Both the position numbers and the translations under genes were made by a program. 64,000 bases of DNA, from positions 1 to 64,000 of the forward strand of contig JYFJ02001778.1 of NCBI GenBank assembly GCA_000934665.2, in the 5' to 3' direction. The DNA is from Catajapyx aquilonaris (lineage: Eukaryota). The notes beneath the pieces were generated by a model. That model saw nothing but the letters and a program-made list of their open reading frames with translations. It had not been told where the DNA came from and made no database searches. Below, one piece after another: positions 11,201 to 26,182 of this stretch (its first letter is position 1; each line of letters starts with the position of its first letter).

Positions 11201-14118
11201 ATCCTCAGCATTGAAAAACCTGCTTTATGACCTATTTGATTCCTCCTGAAAAATAAAATCCCCGAGCGTTACCGTTTCAAACAGGCAAATTACGTCTGCA
11301 TCGGACAGGTTTGCGTACACCGATGAATGACGCATTGTAAATCTCCGTCGGCGGAGTGCAAGCACCCCTGCCTAGTTTCGCAACAATGTGCTTTATGGGA
11401 CCAACCCCCCTCGTTTTATGGCAGCATGAAAACAATCATGTGCAATCATTAGTGCGAATTCAGGCCAAGCATAGTCGCTCGAACTCTTGTGTGTATAAAA
11501 AAACATTGTGCTTCCTACCCTGGGCCAAATCGATAGACTACAGTGGCCATTGGACCTCGGCGTTTTCTTGCCATCTTTATTTAATGCCCTTTTGTGGATC
11601 GTGACCTGCGTTTCGGATAGTCCGGTGTCTCTTTCAGATTCCATTTCCAAGAATGAAAACGAGTGTCTTTTCAGCCGACATGCGATTTTTGTCCCTCCAA
11701 AGAAAACGCGTGAATGAGTCCCCCCCCAATTAGTTAAAAGCTGGTGTTTACGAGGCCTGAAATATGAAACCGATATATTACACGGCCCACTACTTGCGAA
11801 TCCGGACTCACAAAAGCGGGAAGGCCAGCATCCGAAATGAAGTGCAACAATGCCAGGAATTTCATATAGTGCGGACATCCCCTATTTTTCGGGGGTTGGC
11901 AGGCGTGGAGATGGCCGCAAAAACCTCAGTTCTTGCGCCGGTACACTCGCAACGCATTTTAATAATGTCTGCTGCAACCAGGAAGGAACTAGTTTTTTTG
12001 TTGCTTTGAAGTCCCGATGATGTGCAGCAAAATGTAGCACAAAGTGAGGGCTGTGTTTGTGGCGGGATGTTGTTTTCACGTCATTGATCGAGGCCTGGGA
12101 GAAGCCTCCAGCCTCCTTCCTCTGCAGCAGCCATGCCCCTCCAGACAACTGCAGGGACATTTTCACCACCTCTGAAACAAACCGGTTCTAAAACCGTCTT
12201 CAATCAGTCTCAACCCCATGCAGACTGGAATCACTCCCAAACCGTGTGGCTACAATTTTTTTTCATCCAACCCAATAATGAAAGCTGGGTGTTAAGGTGA
12301 TTAATTAGTCCCATGCGGGTTTTAATCGTCATCCGTTTCAAGGCTTCGACATCCCGTTCATGTTGATTAAGCCTCATTTCTAGAGCAGTACATTCATGCA
12401 GATGAAAAGAGGAGGGGGGCCCCCATTCGATATTTTATGATGCAATTGCCGTGCTGGAGGGGGCAGGTCCCGAGTCTTTGTTTTGCGAGCTGATGTCTGC
12501 TGTAAATGCGGGCTGTAATTTTACCCCCTGCTTTATAAGTCACCTATCTGTTGATTTTTGAGTTCATCTGCTGTGTGGTAGCAAACGAGGAAACATTGTC
12601 AGCAGTGTGTATATTGAAAAATCCTGGGGAGTTCGTATGAAAAGGCATAAATGAATGCTGGTTGTAGTACATGCTTTTGAAGGGAAAATGAAAACTTTTG
12701 TAGCAAATGCTCTTTACTTTGATCAATGTACGAACCAGCCAAGTTCAAAGATGCCGGTGCACTGTTTTGATCGTCCGGAAAAAAATACGGGCCACACAGT
12801 TCAGTAGTTAGTATTCAGCTCTGGTTAATGCGGTGCATTCAATTTCCTGCACATTTACTGACACCTTACCTCGAGAGGCACAAAATAAATTAAACTCCGG
12901 ACATGGCACAGTCGCACAAAAAAAACCTCCTCTGTATCACATTTGAGTCATGTCCTGAGAGGATATTTTCCATGCAGTCGTTAAAATTCTAGGAGCGATA
13001 TCCTACTAATATCAGGGCCATGACTTGCATAATATTGCCCTGTTTAGAATGAATGTTTAAAATTTTGCAGCTCTGCGCTTGGACCATTACGTGATACCGA
13101 CATGTAGTAATGCTATTTCCAGGGGGAAATTCCCAGGGTGGCTTCAACATTAGCGTTGCGCTGTACATTTGCGAGGACAAAAAAATACACACACACACCC
13201 ACCCACAGCAAAAACCACCGTAGCTCAGAGACTTGTCTGTGTTTTCGCTGCAGGTCCATTTGAGTCCAACTAAAATACGGGAACTCCGCAGCGGTTGTCC
13301 TAACAAAAACGTCTTTTTCCCGCTGGGAAATGGGAAACCTGAGCCCCACCGTAACACTAACATCTATTCGCACAAGAAATAGATTCCGAGTCCGGCAGAC
13401 ACCTGCCCGGATTAAGCTCAGTGGTCGGCCTGTACCAACATGCTGGTCGGGACGTAAATGCTTTTGTTTATAGCAGGAACGATCCTTGTAATTTTTTCAG
13501 CTACAATGACATGGAACCACCCGTAGTACATGAGATGTAAAAACACATTTGTGTTCCAGAAAAAAATTTATGAATATGCAAAGGATATGCAACTCAAAGG
13601 CTTAAAGTTGCTCTGGAAAATTACTGCATCATAACATAAACATGCAGATGATTGCTGAAACAATGCTAATATTGTTTACAAACTATAATGTCTGTATACG
13701 TATTGAAATTTAATATGCCAATATGAGTAAATATTTGACTCAAATTGACGCCAAATTTCTTTCAAGTGTATCAAATAGAGTAGGCCTAAAAACCACTTTG
13801 CTATAAAAGAGCTGTAGAAAATAAAACGTCATGCAAATGCAGAAGCAACTTACCGGAATTAACAGGAAATGCCAGTTCGATGACTCTGAAAACAACAATA
13901 TGAGTTTAAATAAATGGGAATGAGCGTACCCTATCATACTGTACTAATTATAACAACAGGAAACTGTGTACTGTACAGTCAAAATAACAACAAGTCAATA
14001 AGGCAAAATAATATAGACATGCACACACATGCCCGCCCACACATGGGAACAACACCATAAGTAGGATAGATCTAGTTCAGGTTGGAGATGGATGAGTGTC
14101 CATTACAAAAACCTGACA

Positions 14119-14195
14119 TGAGTGTGATTAATCGATTAATCTTGATTAATTATCGGGTTGCAGATAATAATGGTTAATCGATACCCAGGGCTCTA
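14119..14195. mobile_element. Possible degenerate hAT-like MITE remnant
   Basis: Perfect 16-bp palindrome GATTAATCGATTAATC (14126-14141), an inverted TTAATCGAT near 14174-14182, and an end CAGGGCTCTA (TAGAGCCCTG on the minus strand). No target-site duplication found. Confidence 0.3.
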
Positions 14196-16549
14196 AAGCT
14201 TTTGCCAAGAATAGACAAAAAAATTCGCTGAGCGTGATTTCGGTACGTTTTCCCCTACGGCCAGTTTTTCTACCAAAATAGAAGAGAGCTCGTGGTAATT
14301 TTCGCAAATCCTGTAATATTTCGTGCCGCTCTTTTGCGATTAGTGTTCTGCCCCGTCGTCCTAATTCCACGGCCCAGTTTATTATTGAGACCCAATAGAT
14401 TTTCCGAGGGTTCAGCATATTTGGCCATTGGATTTTCACATGTTTAAGGTTTGGTGCAAAATCAGCTGAAATCAAACTGTGTTGGTGGTTGCATTGGAGT
14501 TTAAAAAAATGCATTAGCAAAAGCGCATTGCAATGATTCATCCCACTCGTACCCATCAAGACAAACGAGTTTTTAATTAGTCAAGCCACCTAATGCCACT
14601 CAACACCACCCAAAATCTAGTATTATTTATTGCGCATCGATGTAACCATTCAAGTTCGGATTTAACTAGCATACGTTAACACTCACTTGCACCACAAGCT
14701 ATGTCACAAATTCTTTAGAATTTAATCCAGTTTTTTTTTTCTAGCTTTGCCGCAGTATGTATTTTTTTGGTTTCGAAAAATAACATCTGCCTTGCACGCA
14801 CAACTGGAAATCTGTTAGGCTAGGCCGCTTTGGATGGATGTGGGGGAGGCGAAAAAAATCCGGGCATTGATCCAGGAGTTGAAAATCACGAGCCCTTGCT
14901 ACATCCCATGTGCGCCGTCGGCAATTTTTCAAAAAAAAAAAATCCCAAACTCAGGACAATTTATGCTCCTGTCCAATAACCAGGGCTTGAAACGTATCAA
15001 AAACCATCCACCGTGTATAACCACCCTAGGCCTGTGAGGTATTCAATGAAACAAATCCAGCAAAAGGAGGACACACATCCCTCCAAACTTTTCAGTACAC
15101 CACTTGTTTCGAATTAACAAAAAGGTTCTTTTTTGAAACCCCCTGTACTCCCGAACATTTTCCTCTCGTGTTGCGTCGCGGTAATTAATTAGCCTCCAGG
15201 AATTCCCAGAGGGGTGATTTTGGGTGCGATGTGCTATTGAGAAGCAAGGGCACAGCGTTATATCAGGGGCACCCTATAGATATATTGTGGTTTCATGTTT
15301 TAGGCTGCACCCAACGCAACATCGATCTGGGTGTCATCGCCCTTACCTCAAGAGTTAATTACTCCAAAAAAAATTGAAAAAGTGGTTGCGCCCCCACTTG
15401 AAGTTGCCATGGTGCTCGTGGCGTCAGGTCCACCCGAAATGATTGGAGAGAGATAATGGATGGAAATTATTGGTGCAACATAGTTATCTAGGAACTCCTA
15501 GGGCGTGCATTTCACTCGAGTTACTTCGATCTGCTCCTGTTCTTCAATGTGGCCCGTGATGAAATGTGCACCCAAAAAATCAAAATTCACGTATAAAACT
15601 GGTTGCATAAAGCTGATAAATAATTCGTAAAATTTCTATCAATTTTATAAGCAGAATTTTCGGATGCAATTAGTTCTTTCATATCTGCATTGATGGCGAT
15701 TCCGTGCATGGGTGGTGCTCACATTCCACAGCTCGTAAAGTACGAATGGCTTCCACAGCTGTACATTTCTCCCAAATTCTCAAGCCCAAGAGAGGTGTGA
15801 TCTCAGAGGAAGATATTTTTTTTCGGTGGGCAAACTCTCACGAGACCTGAATTAAGCCTTTTCTAAACAACCTCTACATGCAGTATCATCCTCCGCTGCA
15901 GACGTTTCCATCGGATTTTTTTTTCCTATCCTGCTTCTTCCTCGCCTTTTCATCCGTAGTTTATTTAGGAAGCTTCTTGCAGCAGGCTTCTCAATCGATC
16001 CGATCGTTTCGAACGAGAGATTAACAGCAATGACTCAATAATCCCGGCCTTGCCCAAAGTACTCATTACCGATTCAGGAATGTGGAGCCCGCTGCTTATT
16101 AATATTAATAAAATCCACCAGGGCAATTTTCATTACCCACCCGTCAGATGTATGCAAATTAAAGTTCATCCTAGAAACAAAAAGAATCACGAGAATGATG
16201 CAGCAAAAGCACTATTTCATTACTAGGTATACTGATGATGTACCAGAAGAGTTCTGAAACTGCAATTTTCTATAGCCTTCAGCAGTGATTAATGAATTTC
16301 AGATGGGGCTTTTCATTTTCCCAAATTAAGAAACCTCGAGGTACACGAAAAGTTCCATTCCGATTTTAATTCGCATTGGCAGAATTTTTGCAAGGCTGAG
16401 TCCACTCGGGCATTTTTAACCAGTCGGGACTCATCAGTGTTAGCAATTAAAAATTTAAAACACAGCGGAATCCGGGGGAACTCAGGACTATTTGAAAGTA
16501 GGTCCGGGGATGTATACCCAAGGTGAGGTGAATAAATGAAAACATAGGA

Positions 16550-16569
16550 CTCTCTCTCTCTCTCTCTCA

Positions 16570-16600
<31 letters not shown>
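16550..16600. repeat. (CT)n microsatellite
   Basis: Direct reading; two CA interruptions. Confidence 0.95.
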
Positions 16601-19388
16601 ATCTGCATTAAGGCCCCCTTTCTCCCCAATTGGCATTCCTGTTGGCAGTTACCGCTCTCCTGATAAGCGTCTGGTGAACTGCCCGTAATAACTATTTCAA
16701 CAAGCCGCATCTGCCTCTGACAAGAAGCCGAGAGGATAAAATCCATGCTCTGGGGTTGACCTGCTTTTGCCAGATGATTTTCTGCCCAGAATTTGGAAGA
16801 AAAAACCTGGAGTAAGAAGAGTGGAATTACTGTATACTTTTTCTTGCACTATCCATAATAACATTGTCAAGTATTGGCCACATATTTTTTCACCATTGCG
16901 CCACATCCTCCTAATTAGACAAGCTCCACAATTACGCAGCTGGCAGGGGACAATAGCATCAGGATGAAGCTGAATAACAATAACAGGATATGTGGCGTGT
17001 GCGGACTTGATTGGATTATATCATACTGCACAGCAAATGGGAGGAAGTCAGATCCCTACCCGGATGAAGGGGGTGTAAGGTCAAGCTACCAGTAACAAAA
17101 AGGCGCAGTTGGCCAAGACAAACAACCGGCAGAAGAGTGCATAGACACCATGACTAGGGTGTGGCATATCCACACCACCCCGGGGCAACAGTGGGTTCAT
17201 GACAATATTATTTATTACTCCAGCTACATGTACAGTAGTACGGAAGTGATAACTGTTTGTGTCCTCGTTATTGGTAGTATTTTGTTGCGATCAGCGTGAC
17301 TTCCACCATGAAGAAACTTGCTCGTTATTTTCTCCAGTTCGTCTCACTTCTGGAGTACTAATCAAAAGTTGCGAGCTTCAGTTCGATACTTCTCAAGTTC
17401 GATCGAAAAATGGGGACAACTTTTCCAGAGAGCTACAATTTTTAGGAGCCTCTCTTTAGTCACACCCTGAGGAGCAAGAAGCACTTTTGGTGACGACCTG
17501 TAATTTTATTAGCGCCCTTTAAAAATTACGATGATGAAGGGCTCTGCAAGCTAACACAACCCTATCGTTGTGCTATCCTCAGAGACACATTCCGCGAATT
17601 CCTGAAGAGATCTATCTATACCAAGTTTCCTATCTAGACAACCCCACGGATATCTCTGGTGTCCTCTACTCCCTGATTCACTGCTCCAGATAAAAACATC
17701 TCTTCCAAAAAAAGGCGATATGGGGGGCCTGAGAAAATAAATCAAAAAATTGTACTCGACGTAGAAAACTTTTGTGGAGATTCACCGAGGTCACGGTTCC
17801 GAAAGGAAACGGAACAAAAAAATATGAATCCTCTGAACTCTGTGCATCAAACCGAGCTGTGTTTCTGTGTGGAGAGAGCGAAGATAGGCTTTTCTATCCT
17901 GGCAAACATGCCCTTCAAAGAGCCTGGGTATGAAATGCCATTCTTTACTGTCACTTTATTAAAAATGACTCAAAGTAAGTAGATCCTTGCACGATCATCA
18001 CAAAGATATCATCGCTCCGCCTTACACTAAGCTAAATTATGATCCGTAATGGCTTTTCCGCTCCTCGGCTTCGAAATTAAGAACTCACTTCTCCGCCAGT
18101 TAGATTAATGGCATTAAAACCCTCTTGGCCGTAAATCACGCTCCTTACCCGGCTCGTCAGCCCAATGAATCACATCAAGACTATTTTTTTCCCTGCCTTT
18201 AAAAACCATTCGCACGTAAACAACAAGAGGGTGTTATATTTTGTATAATGAGGGGGTCGCTGACTGACCCGCTCCTTTTATATCAGCAACGAACCAAACT
18301 TTTTCTCTGGCAAAGGAACCCAATTTTTTGGAAGAAAGGCATTGGACCGAGAGGCCGTTAGGAGAATTTCATTGAAGATGCATCACGCTTCATAGACGAA
18401 AAAAAGGGAGGTTTCTTCCTCATCACTATTTGAGACTATTTCGAGTGCAAATGAATGTCTCGAGAATGATAAGCAACAAATCTCGATAGCACTTGTGGCC
18501 GGAAAATGGCGTTGTCTCGACGTCGTAAAGGAGTGTTGTAATTTTCATTCCGGCTCTGCCCGCTTTAAATAGGTGGGCCATCAAAGGTACTCCTCTTTTT
18601 TTTACGGTCGGTGCCTCGCATGCTGGAGAATCATATTGTCCGACGACTTCTTGCTGCCAACTTTTATGATATGAACCTCATGGGAGAAAAAAGGGTTGTG
18701 AAACTTTCACATGAAGACAAAAAAAGGGGATGAAAGTTTTCTACAGAGGCTGTTGATGGGGGCTTTGCGATAGCTGATCCGGAGCAGAACATTATCAGGC
18801 TTGGGTAAAAATGTTATAATCAAGGCAGGTAGCTTACGAGGCGAGAAATACGTGCCTGCTTAGAGTCTGGGGCCATTTCTTCTAGATTGTTCTGAGAATC
18901 GCATCATTTGGAGAGACGCAGGGGGTTTCCTTTGTGTGCAAGAGGGCTACAGTATCTAATGTCCTGAGAAAATCCTATCGAGTGTTCCGGCCTTTGCGAA
19001 AGGGGACATTGACTCTGGGTTCTGTCACCTGAGAAGATTACCTTTGATGGCCACTGGCTATGCGGCAAATTGCTACCCTTCGTGAGGATGATTACTTTTC
19101 TTGGAAAAAAAAGAAGAGATTTCTTAGGATTACAAATTGGTTCTGTACCAGGCCAGATCTAATATCAAGGTGAGGGTGGGTAAATACACTGCACATTAAT
19201 ACATCAGGTTCTTTAGTTAACATGAATAGGCCTACTTCTCTGCAGGGTTCATCTATATTTCAGGTAATCTTTGAAATCGCAAGTCCCAAACAGCGTGGCT
19301 GAATTACTATGAAAATTGTGTATTGTACAGTCTAATTGTACATAAAGTACATCTTCAAAATGCAACAAAGCTTTTACATGCTGTGTCA

Positions 19389-19462
19389 ACAGAAATATGA
19401 CAAACTTGAAACAATGTGCATTCTATAGAATGCACATTGTTTCAAGTTTGTCATATTTCTGT
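19389..19462. repeat. Perfect 74-bp palindrome with no spacer
   Basis: ACAGAAATATGACAAACTTGAAACAATGTGCATTCTA|TAGAATGCACATTGTTTCAAGTTTGTCATATTTCTGT; 37-bp arms, checked base by base. Confidence 0.97.
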
Positions 19463-19517
19463 ACACATACGGTACTAATTTTGCTATATATAGCAAAATT
19501 AGTACCGTATGTGTACA
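19460..19517. repeat. Perfect 58-bp palindrome with no spacer, overlapping the previous one by 3 bp
   Basis: TGTACACATACGGTACTAATTTTGCTATA|TATAGCAAAATTAGTACCGTATGTGTACA; 29-bp arms. Confidence 0.97.
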
Positions 19518-19968
19518 AAATATCCTGACCTTCACCTGTTTTCTGATATTTATCCAAAATGTTTTTACTGCAGTATATGACAAACAGCCAATCTGATCCT
19601 TTACCGCGCGGACCTATCTACTGTTACAACAACATCATCAAACTTTGAGACTGAAGGCATTACATTACATCACTGCCTAGCACCATTATGCCCGTACTTT
19701 TCCCCCGTTATAATGTTTGTTTATAATGCATTAATGACACCTGCATTACGCCGTGATCCCAAGGCAGGCAGGCTCACCGTTAATCGCAGCTTTTCGAAAC
19801 GATGTTAGGCAACACCTTGGCTTCAATCTGACGACTGAACAAATTGCTTGTCGTCGCTGATAACACCGAGGCCTGCTTCTCCTGCATACCCAGGGGACTG
19901 TGGGTACTCCTATTTTCCTAACGACTAATCTACCTAGTCTTAATTAGGGCAAGGCTTCCGCTAAAACC

Positions 19969-19983
19969 GAGAGAGAGAGAGAC

Positions 19984-20044
<61 letters not shown>
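19969..20044. repeat. (GA)n microsatellite
   Basis: Direct reading; about 76 bp with one short interruption. Confidence 0.95.
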
Positions 20045-20046
<2 letters not shown>

Positions 20047-23000
20047 CCTTGCGCCCTGTGGCATGTGATGCTTGTGCTTCACTCGAACAAACAGAAACAA
20101 TTTTCCTAGCCAATGAACCCGGTGGGTACCATCTTAAAAAAGAGTAAAAAAAAAGATAGTCCTCTTCCTCCATTAACGACGCCTTATTTTTTAGCCTGAC
20201 ACTTTCCATCCGGGATCTAGAACCGCGACATTGCTTTTCCTTCCTGATCCGCCAGGTTGTCGTATATTAGGTTCGGGATCTGGGTAACCAAGTCACGTCT
20301 TGACTATCCGTCCTCGTCTCCTCGGGTAGCCTTGGAAGACACCCGGGAATCGGGTATCACCTTTCTATTCCTGCGTCACCCACCATAGCCCATGTCCATT
20401 TTTCAAACCCGGTTGCTCGTTTAGGAACAGTTGCGGGATCACGTCCGTTCAAATGGAGCCTCACTAATATAAATTGCGCAATGTTATGAAAAAGTCAACC
20501 AGCACCAACTTTGAACAAGAGTTTGTTAGCTCTCTCCTCTCAAATTGTGTTAACAAAGGCTGTCGCAGCATTTCGGGTCCCTGTAACAGTTAAATTCGCG
20601 CTAGGAGAACACCTTGAGTTTGGATTCTGCGGTTCGTTGGTCCTGATGAAGAAGTGAAACGCCTCGGGGCTGGGCAAAGTCTCGCTCGTTGACCAAGCTT
20701 GTCCTCCTCCCACACGAGCCAATTTGCATCTCAAATAGACCCGAGGTCCGAATAAGAGCTCGTGGGTCCGTCCCCTTCCTGCGCAAATGAACGAATGAAT
20801 GGGTGGCGCAGCGGCAAGCAATATGCGAATCCTTGGGCTACACCAAAGACTATTTGGAGCAAGACAGGACTAAGCCATCAGGCGAAACATACGAGTCTCA
20901 AGACTGGAAGGAGAGCACTCGAGCGCGGCAAACAAATCCTCTTAGAGAAAACCCAGGGTCCCTCCAATCTTCCTAATCCTTTTCCTGGCCACCTAAAGAG
21001 GGAGGAGTCCTCTCCAGGAAATATTTGCATACCTTTGCTCACAACCTTAATTGTTTTCCAGATACCCCCTGCCGTGACCTACGAGAAAAAGGAAAGGGTT
21101 TGCCTACGAGATTAGAAATGATCCGGGCGCCAGCTCTGCGTTCCGGAGCCGGTAAACATGCAATTAAATCAGTTGAGGTTGAGTGGGCGAGTAAAGTAGA
21201 GGCAAAAACTGTGGTGGAAGGGTTTTCCTCCAGGGAAATTAAGATTGCTGGTCTTTCCTGCTAAAAATCGCTGCCGTTTGTTTACCTCCCATGTTTTTTT
21301 TTCCCCCACTGGATTATTGCAAGGCACTGGAGCGAGACACACTCCGGGTGAGTCATTAACTACATTGCCTTTCGGGTTCATGCCTGACTTGTCTCTCCTG
21401 GTTGGTAACATTCATTAATAACGACTCACAAAAGAAGCAAGCCAATCATCCGACACCTCCCAAAATGGCTCTCGGTGATTATATCTAGCTTATTGACAAT
21501 AATCAAAAGAGAACTCCAATTATCGGGAACGCAATTACCCGAGCCCGGAACCTTGAAAGTGTTCGAAGGTTGTTCGATCGGATGAAAGACAAAGTAATAT
21601 AGCTCTATCATCACAGCACGTACAGTACATCGGTATACACATGTATGAATTTTCCAACAAGTGTGGATTACTTGCAGCATCAACCAGTTTCAATTGAAGT
21701 GAGCAATCAGCTTATATTGCTGCCCCAGATTAATAATGGGCGAAACTTCTCAGAGCTGGCGGAGCTTTTCTGCAAGGAAGAAGTAATGAGTCTTGCAGGT
21801 GCTCTTCCTTCTTCCTGTAATTTATTCTGCTGGATTCAGCCTTGGAGAAAATTTTCTCTCGCCATTTACGGCGCAATTTTCCTCTCCCCCAGCAGCAGCC
21901 TTTCCAGCCAGAAAACGCAAGAAGCGATTCCCACACAATCAGTCATATTTTTGCATGATGAAGTAATAAATTAACCGCGCACTTTTAATAACCTTCTGCA
22001 CAAGTGTTGGTTGGTGGGGAGATATTAAGTTTTTTTAATACAAAAAAATGTGCTTTCTATCTGACCTTTCACGTGCAGGAAAAAAAGAGAGGCGCCTTTC
22101 ATCTGGAATTCTTGAAGTTAAAGGCTTCTAGGAGAGAAAGAGGAGCTGAGAGAAGGAAAAATCTAGCTGTCGAATGAAGTTGGTGGCGCAATCGTTCAAG
22201 TGGAAGCGATGGAAGCCGTGAATATAATGCGAGGTGGCAGGTCGTGCAGGTGCGACCGAGAAGAACATTTTCTTCTCCGGCCCTTTGCCATCTTTTCAAT
22301 GCTATCTGGTGGAAGAAAGGAGGGAGGGGGGGACTTAAGGGAAAATGGTGTAGTTTTTTTTTTTCTTTTTTGAAAAGGGGATGGTAGGATGGAGAGAATT
22401 CCAGACAAGGGCTATAGGGAAAAGGAATCGAAGTCATCGCTTCGATTGTATGGGCAGAAGCGGAACCTTGTTAAGTAATTAGACAAGGCGGGGGCGATCG
22501 CAATCGGCGCCGGTGAAATTGCAATGTTCCCGGCAAATAATGGGACTCTGTTATTGGCATTCACACCTCCAGTTAGGAGAAGAGATTCAAAACTAGAGCA
22601 GAATTCAGGGAAATGTTGACATTATACTACGTACGAGTAATCATTTCATTATTACAATAGGCGCCATTTGTTTTTCTCATAGTGATAGTTTTTGGACAAC
22701 TGAATTTATATCCTAGTAAGAAACACTATTCCCCCCAAAAATCTGAGTGATGTGTCACTATTGTTATTGAGAAAAGATCAAATACTGTAGATACCTGGCA
22801 GACAAAAACTTGTGACACGGTAGAAAAACCTGTGTAAAGTTATATGTCATTGATGGACGTGTCACTATCGCAGCGGCACAAAATTGAAGATTGCAATTTT
22901 TAGATGTATCCTGAAAAACGTGTAAAAATTGCACTTCTGTCAGCTGTCTTCTGCAGCATGAACTTGGAATCGAAAATGTATTGTGCACATCACCGCATGC

Positions 23001-26000
23001 CCAAAGTTAAATTTTAAGAGCAACTTTGAAAAAATGATGAACACCACTATTAGGAATACATTTCGAGTCACAATATGAAAGGATTTCTGTAATTTATGTA
23101 GCAGAAATCTGATTTTGGCTACATCGCGTGACTCTGAAATTGCGCAAATATTAATCTCATCATTGAACACCTCTGACACGCTTATGGTGTCTATTCGCCC
23201 ATCCTGAACGCCCTCATCTGGTGTTAAGGGGGCCACAACGAGCCGGAAGAATTTGAGCAACGCGCATTAAAGGCCCGCAGGTAACCCCCAAATAATAAGG
23301 GCGCGTGCTGTTTGAAGCCATCAACACAAACCGACCGAGTTTATCTTTGAATTGGAATCCCCCCGCTTAGCAAGCCATGATGAGCTTCTGGAACCGACCA
23401 CAAACGATATCCTCGCCTCTCAACCAGGTTAATATCTTGGTTGTGGTTTTGTGATTTGCATCACGAATGGAGCAACTTAATCCGGGGGGCAATTATGCCA
23501 GATTATTGAATTGAGCGGTGTGGGGTTTTCCAAGGGGGTATAGGATCGTGATTGAAGGGCCGTGGCATGGAAAAAATTAATTAGCGTGAAATTCGGTGCC
23601 CTTCCAAGCTATTTGCTTCCGGATGGTCGCACAACCGGAGTGAAGATGCCGTCACTGCGTTTTGAGGGGAGAGGTGCCCCCCTTGACCACTTGCGAAATC
23701 ACAACTCGATATGCAAACTTCAATTAGTGCAAAAACTGCGAAAATCCGGCTTCATTATGCCGCTTGCACAAATAAGGCTTTGATGATGATGAGAGAGAGT
23801 GGGGATATTCAGACTGGATGGCTCTCTCTTCATTATTGCAATTTGCTCTCACAGTTACTCAATTGCGCTATGATGTCGTTGATGTTTCGCAATTTTTATA
23901 TTCATACTTTTCAGACACTGTATTTAGCATGCGGTGGGTTGTTAAAAGGCACTGTCGAATGACGCTGATATGACAACAAACAATGTTTTAATTTAATTTG
24001 CTTTAACTTATTAATTAAATTAAAGCACTACGCAGAAGAAATGCACGTAATGACTGCAGCAATTTGTAATTTACACAGTATTTGAAACATTTTAGATTGC
24101 AATTTTTTCTCACAAAATCCACCAATAGTCGCACCAATATTATTATAGGTTGGCTGCTTCAGGAGTGCCAACCAAATATGCAAATTGATCCTCTGATTAT
24201 ATTAAATAAAGGAAAATTTCGTTTTACCATGAAAAGGTGGCAGAAATTTTTCCATCATCTGAAATCATGCAAATGGCCTGAAACACATTGAGGATAGAAC
24301 TCGACTTTTTTTCCTGAAGAGCCTTATATCGGCGTTTGATAAAACAATTAATTATACGTTACGACATTACAACATGAGGCACCCACTTTGCTAAATACGG
24401 TATTTATTTTGCTCGTATTTAAGCCACATATATTAATAATCCAAGAATATTTACGACAACGAGTAAAATTCGCCGCCAACCAACACTACTATCGCAATAA
24501 ACAGCGGCATCTGCGCATTACTGCGTTTCCTCCAAGTTGCATCGGGAGACATGCAAAAAACCAGCACTGACTTTCTGCCAAAATGCTAGGAATGGAATAA
24601 GGCAAGCCGGAGAGGGTAGTAGCAGCAGGTGTTTCGATGAGTATTGAGAAAAAGACCTGTTTGCAGCATCTGTGGCATGGGAAAGAGTCCTGGGCGCAGC
24701 TGCCTCTGCAACTTGGCCGGATTTCCAGGTCGCAACAGATTTCATCCTCCTCGTCTTTCTCCTTCCGACAGCGGGTGCAACAAAAAGAAAACGAGGGTGC
24801 AAAAAAATAATAATAAAACTGGAAGAAAATCCCTTTCTTTCCACTGTTTGTTTTGTGCCTCCCTCCCCACACTTGGGCTGCCACCTTTCCAAAATCGGCC
24901 AAATATTTTTCGCCTAATACTCTAACGCGTCACGTATCCCGATAATCCAGGTCCTCTCAGAAGGAAAATTCAATCAGTGAGTTTGCGAGAGGGGTGTCTA
25001 GAGTGTGGGTTAGAGAGAGAGAGAGGTAGGATCGGGGATAAAACTAGCTTCCAGAACTGAATCCTGGCGCAGTGTCCAAGTTTCCTGGAAGCTGATATAA
25101 CCCCTTCCCTTATGGAAACTGGCGTGCGAAATTGAGTCCTGATTTCCCTGATGGAACCTGTTAACTCTCCAGGTGATGTCAATTTGATTGTCCCACTGAA
25201 ATAGTTTTGTAAAATATGTTGCAGGAGTGTCCGGTGTATCAGCCAGTCCCATTAACTCCGCACGTGCTTAGTTATCTGGCTATTGGTTCCTCCAGATGAA
25301 CCACAATGGGGGGAAAGCACTGATTGGATTTTCTAGTCAATCAATATTGCGGTTCCCAGATTGGACCCACACGAGAAATCGTTGGACGTATACACAAGGC
25401 AATGCTCGATAAGTACAAACCTGCGCAACGTATGTATATAAGCTAATGGGGGGAGGCAGAAATTATTCCATATTTGCCTTTCACTGGACCTGCGTAGCCC
25501 CTAAAACACTGATGCAGCTAGCAATGTCGAATGCCGGTAATTACAATAGTTGGAGGCATAAACTTTCTGCATGTTCATTTCCAGCACCTGCTGGCTATGA
25601 AACAACAGTTTCGAAATTTGGCTCGTTCTTGAAAACGCCCACACTTGCCTCTTACATGTATGCCCTGCAGTATCCTGCGAACCAAAAAAACCCGTCTGAA
25701 TGTGGCATTCACCTCAGGCGCTTTCAGGAAGGTGAATGTACTGCACATCGTGTATACTGTACGCAACAGTGTATGCAAATCTGTGCCTGCAGTCTAATTG
25801 TATATATGAATATTGCGATTGTAGACATGAAGTCATAGTCTGGGATTTACATTACCAGCGACTTGCACATATTGCAATATTGTTTAACCTGAAATCTTGT
25901 GCATCAGTTCTTTGAGCTGAATATGCTGATTGTCAGCTTGTTCATTAAGAAAGCTCTGGAAAAAATTGCCCCATCCCAGATCCGAAAGAGCCGGGATGAA

Positions 26001-26158
26001 AATAACGAGCGTTGTTTATATAAAGCCGTAGCCAAAGGGGGTGCGATTACATTGGCGTAGCAAACTTGATTGTCTGCAGAGGCAAACTCGATCTGCAACC
26101 GCCATGTTTCCAGGGAGGGTTCTCTGCAGCAGCACAAAAGCCCGGTTTTAGAGAGACT

Positions 26159-26182
26159 AGAGAGAGAGAGAGAGAGAGAGAG
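26159..26182. repeat. (AG)n microsatellite
   Basis: Direct reading. Confidence 0.95.

Noticed and set aside
16980..17215. Possible further Helitron/HINE relic with the hairpin GGTGTGG-CATAT-CCACACC
   Set aside because: The subterminal repeats and microsatellite were not convincing and I could not define boundaries.
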